DNA of 64,000 nt from Lachnospiraceae bacterium (GTDB lineage Bacteria; Bacillota; Clostridia; Lachnospirales; Lachnospiraceae), in contig JAILJP010000114.1 of assembly GCA_024694625.1 (NCBI GenBank), positions 10,160 through 74,159 of the forward strand, in the 5' to 3' direction. The position numbers and the translations under genes are program-made. Within the stretch, counting starts at the first letter, position 1. Each line of letters opens with the position of its first letter. The notes below the pieces were generated by a model that worked only from the letters and a program-made list of their open reading frames with translations, ran no database searches and was not told where the DNA came from. Of this stretch, positions 57,375 through 64,000 are shown piece by piece.

Positions 57375-58460
57375 CTAAATTTTTATGTATTGATTCATAA
57401 ATGATTCTTCAATCAACCCCAAATCGCAAAGACCCATAATGCTTTGCAGTACCGTCATAATATCCAACCCGGTTTCCGCAACCACTTCATCAATACTTTT
57501 TGAGTTAAAATCGAAACAACTATACACCAACAATTGTTCTTTTTCAAGGTTGAATTTCCCTTTCCCTGAAAATACCACCGGCTGATACTCCCAATTTTTC
57601 GTCTCACAAATATCAGAAATCAACTGTTTTGGAGAGATAATAATTCCTGCTCCTTGAGCTATTAAGTCATTGGTTCCTTTGCTTAGGGAATCGCAGATTC
57701 TACCGGGAAGAGCAAAAATATCTTTCCCCTGTTCTAAGGCAAACTGGGCAGTAATCAAAGAACCGCTACGCTCCTTTGCCTCCATTACAAGTAATACATC
57801 ACATAATCCGGAAATAATACGATTTCTTCTGGGAAACAGATCTGCTTGGGGAGGCGTCTTTGGCCCATATTCAGAAAGAATACCGCCATTTTTTATAATT
57901 TCATGATAGAGTGCCAAATTTTTGGTGGGATAACATACATCCACACCGCACCCTAAGACAGCAAAGGTTCGCCCTTTTCCTTTCAAAGCTCCCTCATGGG
58001 CATAGGTATCTATCCCAGAAGCCATCCCACTCATTACGGAAAGACCGTTTTTAACAAGAAGTTCGGAAATCTCCGCTGTATAGGATTTTCCGTAGCCAGT
58101 GCATCTTCTGGCGCCTACAATGGAAATGATTCGTTCTGATTCATCAGGCATTTGCCCTTTATAAAAGATTTGAAAGGGAATGTCATGAATGTGTTTCAGT
58201 TTTTCTGGATAATCTTCGTCAAAAAGACAAATACAGCGAATGTCTTCGTCTGATACATATTTAAAATAAGAATTCAAATCAAAAGAGGATCTCGTTTCGC
58301 AAAACACTTTAATATTTTCTTTTCGTAAAAAAGGAAGTTCCATCAATTCTCTTTCCGATGCTTCATAGATTCTACAAAAATCCCTGTAGTGCTCAAACAA
58401 CAGTCGTTTTTCTTTGTTGGAAAAAACATGATTGGAACAAAACCAAATCTTATACTTCAT
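57375..58460 (-). CDS. dprA: DNA-processing protein DprA (Smf)
   Basis: DprA Rossmann-like core (IVGARRCTGYG, SGMASGIDTYAHEGAL). The ATG at 58458-58460 forms an ATGA overlap with the comM stop and has GGGAGAAG upstream. The tracked TTG at 58475 is less likely. Confidence 0.9.
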   Translation of the reverse strand: MKYKIWFCSNHVFSNKEKRLLFEHYRDFCRIYEASERELMELPFLRKENIKVFCETRSSFDLNSYFKYVSDEDIRCICLFDEDYPEKLKHIHDIPFQIFYKGQMPDESERIISIVGARRCTGYGKSYTAEISELLVKNGLSVMSGMASGIDTYAHEGALKGKGRTFAVLGCGVDVCYPTKNLALYHEIIKNGGILSEYGPKTPPQADLFPRRNRIISGLCDVLLVMEAKERSGSLITAQFALEQGKDIFALPGRICDSLSKGTNDLIAQGAGIIISPKQLISDICETKNWEYQPVVFSGKGKFNLEKEQLLVYSCFDFNSKSIDEVVAETGLDIMTVLQSIMGLCDLGLIEESFMNQYIKI

Positions 58461-60058
58461 AAATACTTCTCCCAATACTTTTTATCCATACTACGATACA
58501 AAAAGGCCTCTTTTAGATGAGCCATACATATGTGTTCGCTGCCCTCCATATCAGCAATGGTACGAGCCACTTTTAAGATGCGATGATAGGTGCGGGCCGT
58601 CAATGCCATTTCTTCGTACATTTTCTTCATATATAAATAGCTTTCATTATCTAATTCGCAGTACACTTCGATTTTGGATGACGGAATTTCGCTGTTATAA
58701 GAAAAGCTTTCGTTTTTGTATCTTTGCCTTTGTATTTCGTGAACCTTTTCTACCCTGCTACGAATCCGGGCCGAGGTTTCATTTGTGGCATGGGTAGTGA
58801 TTTCATCAAATTTTACTTCCTGGATTTGTACGCAAAGATCAATACGGTCCAAAAGAGGCTGGCTGATTTTGGAAAGGTAATTCCGCACGCTCATTTTATT
58901 ACAGGTGCAACGATTGAAATCCGGAAAGTAGCCACATTTGCAAGGATTCATCGCAGCAGCCAAAACGATGTTGGCCGGAAAAACAAAATCCCCCTTTGCC
59001 CTAGTAACATGAATGACTTTTTCTTCCAAAGGCTGACGCAAAATCTCCAATGTTTCATTTCGAAATTCTGTAAGTTCATCCAAAAACAAAACCCCGCCGG
59101 AAGCTAGGGACAATTCTCCCGGGCGAACTACATTTCCACCTCCTCCGGTAAGGCCAGCCGTGCTGATGGTATGATGAGGGGCGCGAAAAGGTCGCTGGGA
59201 CATTAAAGATTCCCGTTCTTTAAAAAGGCCGCAAACGCTGTAAACTTTTGAAAGCATAAGCTGCTCCTTCGGTGTCATTTCCGGCAAAATAGATGGAATA
59301 CATCGGGCCATCATGGTTTTTCCTGCTCCCGGCGGTCCCACCATTAAAATATTATGCATTCCGCTGGCACAAATTTCGCAGGCACGTTTTACAAACAACT
59401 GTCCGTTTACAAAGGAAAAATCAGCTACCAAATCTTCAGGGGGGGCATCATTACTTTCTAAATTGTTCTGTTTGGTTGTATTTTTTGTTGTTTCATCGGA
59501 AATTGGCTTAATTTCAGGCAAAACTCCATCATTTAAATAGGAAATAACTTCTGATAACGATGAGACCCCTACAACAGTAATTCCCGGTACAAGCTTTGCT
59601 TCCTTCTTGTTTTCCATTGGAACAATAAAGGTTTCCATCCCCTTATCCTTTCCTCCGCAAACCATGGATAGAATTCCGTTGATACCATGAATTTCACCGT
59701 TTAAGCCTAATTCCCCTACGATAAAAACATGTTCAAAATTATTGTTTACAATAACACCCATGGAAACCAAAAGGGCTACAGCAATGGGAAGATCAAAGCC
59801 ACTGCCGCTTTTCTTCAGACCGGCAGGCAAAATATTGATGGTAATTCGTTTTACCGGAAGATGAAAGCCGCAGTTTTTTAAAGCGGTACGCACTCGCTCC
59901 CTGGCTTCACGTACTTCAGAACCTAAAAATCCTACCATTTCAAATACCGGCATACCTTCGGAAATATCTGCTTCAACACTGCAACAGACACCCTCAATGC
60001 CATTAATAATGGCGGTAGATATAACACTATACAATTTTACTCCTATTCCTGGGAACAT
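58457..60058 (-). CDS. comM: YifB/ComM-family Mg-chelatase-like AAA+ ATPase
   Basis: A Lon-protease-like N-terminus, Walker A MVGPPGAGKTM, Walker B VLFLDEL and a C-terminal ChlI-like domain. Confidence 0.9.
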   Translation of the reverse strand: MFPGIGVKLYSVISTAIINGIEGVCCSVEADISEGMPVFEMVGFLGSEVREARERVRTALKNCGFHLPVKRITINILPAGLKKSGSGFDLPIAVALLVSMGVIVNNNFEHVFIVGELGLNGEIHGINGILSMVCGGKDKGMETFIVPMENKKEAKLVPGITVVGVSSLSEVISYLNDGVLPEIKPISDETTKNTTKQNNLESNDAPPEDLVADFSFVNGQLFVKRACEICASGMHNILMVGPPGAGKTMMARCIPSILPEMTPKEQLMLSKVYSVCGLFKERESLMSQRPFRAPHHTISTAGLTGGGGNVVRPGELSLASGGVLFLDELTEFRNETLEILRQPLEEKVIHVTRAKGDFVFPANIVLAAAMNPCKCGYFPDFNRCTCNKMSVRNYLSKISQPLLDRIDLCVQIQEVKFDEITTHATNETSARIRSRVEKVHEIQRQRYKNESFSYNSEIPSSKIEVYCELDNESYLYMKKMYEEMALTARTYHRILKVARTIADMEGSEHICMAHLKEAFLYRSMDKKYWEKYL

Positions 60059-60089
60059 TATCAGATTCGATAAGAAATGTAGCTATATA

Positions 60090-60129
60090 ATAACACGGGA
60101 TTTTCAAATAGAAAAGATGAAAATCCCGT
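60090..60129 (-). terminator. probable terminator after recG
   Basis: A perfect 11-bp stem ACGGGAUUUUC...GAAAAUCCCGU with a 13-nt loop. The tail GUUAUUAU is only moderately U-rich. Confidence 0.55.
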
Positions 60130-60133
60130 AATT

Positions 60134-62188
60134 TTATAAATTCGTATATTGATGTTGATTAAGGTGATATAAGTATTCTTTTATTTTGGCGTGTTCATCC
60201 AAAGACAACCTGGGATCACTAGAAAGGAGTTCTTTTACATCCTCTGAAGCTATTTTCAATACCGGCGCATCTTGGTAGATGTCTCCTAAAGAAAAATCAA
60301 ATTCACCACTTTGGCGGATGCCGTAAAAATCTCCAGGACCTCGAAGTTTTAAATCCTCACTGGCAATGTAAAAACCGTCATTGGAATGGGAAATTACATC
60401 CAAACGCTTATTTTTATCTTCTTTGGAACTGTCTACAAAAATACAATAACTTTGATGCTCGCCACGGCCTACGCGACCACGAAGCTGATGAAGCTGAGCT
60501 AATCCAAACCGATTGGCATTTTCAATCAGCATTACCGATGCATTGGGAACATTTACTCCAACTTCCACTACTGTGGTGGATACCAAAACATCTATTTTTT
60601 GTGCTGCAAAGTCTTCCATAACAGAAGCTTTTTCTTCTGCTGTCATCCTTCCGTGTAGCACTCCAACACTTACTGTGTCCTGATAGTATTGACGTAGTTT
60701 TTTTCCGTAATCTGTTACATTTTCGCTTTCCGTTTTTTCACTGGCTTCCACCAAAGGACAAATAACGTATGCCTGTCGGCCAAGTCGTATTTCTTTGTAA
60801 ATAAACTGATAAGCCGTTGGAACATCCTTTTGTTTGATAACTGCGTTTTTGATAGGTAATCGTTTTGCCGGCACATCGGAAATCACAGAAATATTCATAT
60901 CACCATACAAAATCATGGAAAGGGTTCTGGGAATTGGTGTGGCAGACATTACCAGTGTAAAAGGACCTTTTCCTTTTTTTCGAAAAGCATCCCTTTGTTT
61001 TACTCCAAAACGATGTTGTTCGTCTGTAATTACCAGTCCCAAGGAATCATAATTTGCTTTTTCCTGAATCAAAGCATTGGTACCGATCACATAGCATGGC
61101 GTGTCGGAAGCTAATTTTTCGTACACCATACGCTTTTCTTTCATAGTTTTTGAACCGGTTAAAAGAATGGCTTCAAAAGGTAAATCATAGTCCTCTATAT
61201 ACTTTAAAAAGGTATGATAATGCTGGGTGGCCAGGATCTCCGTAGGTGCCATAATCGCCGCCTGGTAACCATTTTCCACCATATAGGTCATTAGCAAAAA
61301 GGCAATAATGGTTTTTCCGGAACCAACATCTCCCTGAATCAGTCGTTGAGAAACAAATTCCCCGTTAAAATCATCCATCACTTCCGAAAGGCAAGTCTTT
61401 TGACCGTCTGTTAAGGCAAAAGGCAATCCATCCAAGCACTTTTGATAATATTCATTTTTTAAAAGTTTAAAATGATTTGGAACGTCCTCTTCCTTCGTTT
61501 TTGTCATCTCCATGTTTAAAAAGAAGGCAAAGAATTCGTTGTAAACCAATCGTTGTCTCGCCTGACACAAAGAATCAAAGGTGTTAGGGAAATGAATCTG
61601 CTTTAAGGCATAAGAAAAAGATTCCAACTTTCTCTTTTTAAGCAAATCATTTGGTAAGAACTCTTCCATTTCTAAGGAGTTTACAATATCAGAAACATTC
61701 TTTTTGATTTGATTGTTGGACAATCCTTTGGTCAAACCGTAAATAGGCTGAACACTGAGAAGTTCTTTTGCATACTTTTCTTCTGTATAAATCACTGGTT
61801 GTTCCATCTTTTTTCGATAGGGACCGTCGGATTTTATCACACCATAAAAAATATAAGTGTTGTGAAGGTTTAATTGGGATTTGATATAGGGAGAACGAAA
61901 CCAAACCATATTTACCGGTACATTTTCCACAAATGTATTTAAGGTGGTAATGTCCATTTTACCTGTTTTTCTGTTTTTGGGACTCTCCTGAATGCAAATA
62001 CGAAGAGCAACAATTTCTCCGTCGCAAATATCGGCTAAAGAATCTATAGGTTTGGGAAATTCAAGATAGGTTCTTGGAAAATAAAAAAGAAGATCCCACA
62101 AACTTTTTAAGGACAGTTTTTCGTAAAAACCGGCGATTTTATCACCTACACCTTTTAAAGTTTTTATGGAATCTTCTAATATCATCAT
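60134..62188 (-). CDS. recG: ATP-dependent DNA helicase RecG
   Basis: A wedge domain plus SF2 helicase motifs GDVGSGKT, TDEQHRFG and QLHQLRGRVGRG. Confidence 0.96.
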   Translation of the reverse strand: MMILEDSIKTLKGVGDKIAGFYEKLSLKSLWDLLFYFPRTYLEFPKPIDSLADICDGEIVALRICIQESPKNRKTGKMDITTLNTFVENVPVNMVWFRSPYIKSQLNLHNTYIFYGVIKSDGPYRKKMEQPVIYTEEKYAKELLSVQPIYGLTKGLSNNQIKKNVSDIVNSLEMEEFLPNDLLKKRKLESFSYALKQIHFPNTFDSLCQARQRLVYNEFFAFFLNMEMTKTKEEDVPNHFKLLKNEYYQKCLDGLPFALTDGQKTCLSEVMDDFNGEFVSQRLIQGDVGSGKTIIAFLLMTYMVENGYQAAIMAPTEILATQHYHTFLKYIEDYDLPFEAILLTGSKTMKEKRMVYEKLASDTPCYVIGTNALIQEKANYDSLGLVITDEQHRFGVKQRDAFRKKGKGPFTLVMSATPIPRTLSMILYGDMNISVISDVPAKRLPIKNAVIKQKDVPTAYQFIYKEIRLGRQAYVICPLVEASEKTESENVTDYGKKLRQYYQDTVSVGVLHGRMTAEEKASVMEDFAAQKIDVLVSTTVVEVGVNVPNASVMLIENANRFGLAQLHQLRGRVGRGEHQSYCIFVDSSKEDKNKRLDVISHSNDGFYIASEDLKLRGPGDFYGIRQSGEFDFSLGDIYQDAPVLKIASEDVKELLSSDPRLSLDEHAKIKEYLYHLNQHQYTNL

Positions 62189-62189
62189 T

Positions 62190-63827
62190 TTATTCTACTG
62201 ATGTCACATAATAATAAACAGGTTGTCCGCCTTCCTGAAGTTCCACATCCAAAGAAGGATATTTTTCTTCAACAGACTTTTTCATCTTATTAGCATCCCG
62301 TTTCTTTACATCAGCTCCGTAATACAAGCTAATTAAAGCAGAATCTTCGTCCACCATTTCGTCTAACATATCAAGCATAACTTCTGTAAGATCTTTCTTT
62401 ACAGCTAAAATACCGGCATCGCCAATACCCATGTAATCGCCTTCGGAAATTTCTTTGTCGTCAATCACGGTATCACGAACCGCATAGGTTACTTCACCGG
62501 ATTTTACGTTTGCAATTTCTTCTGTCATACGATCCTGGTTTTCTTTTACTGACTGGTCAGGTACAAAATTAATCAAAGCTGTAATACCCTGAGGAAGGGT
62601 CTTTGTAGGAATCACAACAACTGTCTTATCCTTGCTTAACTTTTCAGCCTGATTTGCTGCAAGAATAATGTTTTTGTTGTTGGGAAGTACAAATACAGTC
62701 TTTGCATTTACCTTTTCTACAGCGGATAAAATATCATCTGTGGAAGGGTTCATGGTCTGACCACCTTCAATGACATAATCAGCACCTAAATCTTTGAAAA
62801 TCTGTACCAATCCGCTACCGGAAGCAACTGTAACAAATCCCATGTCCTTGGGAGGCTCCTGTGTCTCTTCTTTTTGAGGCATAGGAATTACTTTGCTTTC
62901 TTCTTTTACGTCATCATCCACAATATTTACCATGGAAACCTGAGACATGGTACCAAGCTTGGTAGCCTTTGAAATTACACGTCCAGGTTCGTTGGTCATA
63001 ATGATAACGGATACATACTGATTTTTTTGTTCCACATGGATTTCTTCGCCCAATGCTTCTAAGTAAACCTTGTAATCGATCACATCTTTTGCATTGATGG
63101 TGGTTGTACTCTTAATAACGAAAGACATGCGATAAAGGAACTTGGGCATTTCAATTTCTTTTGATGCCTCTTCTTTCTTTTCGCTTCCTTCAATGGATAA
63201 ATCTACTTCTTTTCCGGAAAGTAAATCAAATCCACCCTTTAATACTTCCAAAAGTCCGCGTCCACCGGAATCTACAACACCAGCTTGCTTTAATACAGGA
63301 AGCATTTCTGGAGTCATCTGCAAAGCTTCATCTGCCGCAGCAACCACTGCTTCATAAAATTCAATAATGTCGTCTGTCTTGTCAGCCATTTCGTTGGCCT
63401 TATCGGCAGCAGCTTTTGCAACTGTTAAAATAGTACCCTCTTTGGGTTTCATAACTGCCTTGTAAGCAGTTTCTACTGACTTTTGACAAGCCTCAGCTAA
63501 AATTTCTACCGTAAGTTCATCATGGGTCTTTGCAACCTTTGTAAAACCACGGAACAACTGAGACAAAATAACACCGGAGTTTCCTCGAGCTCCACGAAGG
63601 GAACCGGAAGAAATAGCCTTACACAATGTAGTCATATCCGGTTCTTCTAATGCTGCAACTTCTTTTGCAGCCGACATAATGGTCATTGTCATGTTTGTTC
63701 CTGTATCACCATCGGGTACAGGGAACACGTTTAATTCATTTATTTCGTCTTTATTAGCTTCAAGGTATTTGGAACCTGCCAAAAACATTTTTGAAAACTC
63801 AGACGCTTTAATGGTATTAATCTCCAC
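62190..63827 (-). CDS. yloV: DAK2 domain-containing protein (YloV family)
   Basis: An N-terminal DAK2 domain (PVPDGDTGTNM) and a YloV-type C-terminal half. It has a GTG start and lies between the asp23-like gene and recG, as in Bacillus. Confidence 0.85.
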   Translation of the reverse strand: MEINTIKASEFSKMFLAGSKYLEANKDEINELNVFPVPDGDTGTNMTMTIMSAAKEVAALEEPDMTTLCKAISSGSLRGARGNSGVILSQLFRGFTKVAKTHDELTVEILAEACQKSVETAYKAVMKPKEGTILTVAKAAADKANEMADKTDDIIEFYEAVVAAADEALQMTPEMLPVLKQAGVVDSGGRGLLEVLKGGFDLLSGKEVDLSIEGSEKKEEASKEIEMPKFLYRMSFVIKSTTTINAKDVIDYKVYLEALGEEIHVEQKNQYVSVIIMTNEPGRVISKATKLGTMSQVSMVNIVDDDVKEESKVIPMPQKEETQEPPKDMGFVTVASGSGLVQIFKDLGADYVIEGGQTMNPSTDDILSAVEKVNAKTVFVLPNNKNIILAANQAEKLSKDKTVVVIPTKTLPQGITALINFVPDQSVKENQDRMTEEIANVKSGEVTYAVRDTVIDDKEISEGDYMGIGDAGILAVKKDLTEVMLDMLDEMVDEDSALISLYYGADVKKRDANKMKKSVEEKYPSLDVELQEGGQPVYYYVTSVE

Positions 63828-63841
63828 CTAATCTAATCCTC

Positions 63842-64000
63842 CTAGTCAATCACTCGAACGCCTTCTACAAAGACATTAATATTTTTTACCTTCATACCGG
63901 TAAACTCTTCTACACGGTATTTCACGGTTTCTTCAAGGTTATCACATACAGTAGCAATACCAACACCATAAGAAACAATTACATGAAAATCCAAAGAGAT
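63842..64000 (-). CDS. Asp23/Gls24-family (alkaline shock protein-like) protein, C-terminal 52 codons only
   Basis: Manual translation from the window edge gives ISLDFHVIVSYGVGIATVCDNLEETVKYRVEEFTGMKVKNINVFVEGVRVID, ending at the stop at 63842-63844. This is a typical Asp23 C-terminus. The 5' end lies outside the window. Confidence 0.8.
   Translation of the reverse strand: MSLDFHVIVSYGVGIATVCDNLEETVKYRVEEFTGMKVKNINVFVEGVRVID

Noticed and set aside
58432-59107. Plus-strand ORFs of 121 and 127 aa antisense to comM/dprA. Similar antisense ORFs occur in polC (e.g. 8667-9053, 6233-6607) and flhA (32986-33411).
   Set aside because: All are shadows of strongly supported minus-strand genes. They have no RBS and no recognisable motifs.
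1-64000. Defence islands, CRISPR arrays, toxin-antitoxin pairs, transposases/integrases, tRNA/rRNA genes and prophage remnants
   Set aside because: No direct-repeat arrays, recombinase-like ORFs or compositional breaks were visible. Apart from seven spacers of 72-228 bp, all accounted for above (terminators, promoters, leaders, one weak hairpin), no intergenic gap exceeds ~35 bp.

Overview
This is a low-GC (about 38-40% by eye) Firmicutes/Clostridia-type core chromosome segment. All 62 CDS I can support lie on the minus strand, and most gaps between genes are under 35 bp. The gene order in transcription direction (high to low coordinates) is given below, with | marking unit boundaries: Asp23-family (partial) - yloV - recG | comM - dprA - topA - codY | flgB-flgC-fliE-fliF-fliG-fliH-fliI-fliJ-ylxF-like-fliK-flgD-flg_new-flgE | motA-motB-fliL-fliM-fliY-cheY-fliO-fliP-fliQ-fliR-flhB-flhA-flhF-flhG-pilZ-cheB-cheA-cheW-cheC-cheD-orf98-sigD-fapA-orf107-orf243-orf188 | rpsB-tsf | polysaccharide deacetylase-bactofilin-pyrH-frr | uppS-cdsA-dxr-rseP-ispG-polC-pheA-DUF815 ATPase-ppx-ppk (partial). 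The stretch from flgB to orf188 is a ~34.7-kb fla/che flagellar-chemotaxis supercluster, split once by a terminator after flgE. The order closely parallels the Bacillus subtilis topA...codY-fla/che-sigD-swrB-rpsB-tsf-pyrH-frr-uppS-cdsA-dxr-rseP-polC region. I saw no rRNA, tRNA, CRISPR array, transposase/integrase or prophage signal. I found no convincing wholly new system, and this looks like an ordinary conserved region. The most checkable oddities are: (1) four genes after sigD (FapA plus three proteins I cannot place in a family) in the slot that swrB occupies in B. subtilis; (2) a membrane NodB deacetylase + bactofilin pair inserted between tsf and pyrH; (3) a ~65-aa insertion in EF-Ts; (4) a terminator and AT-rich spacer after an unusually long flgE, with no flbD; (5) a 4x decapeptide repeat in FliH; (6) a CodY-box-like palindrome upstream of codY. 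All functional calls come from motif recognition by eye in the supplied translations and from my own reading of intergenic DNA. No database search or folding computation was possible.
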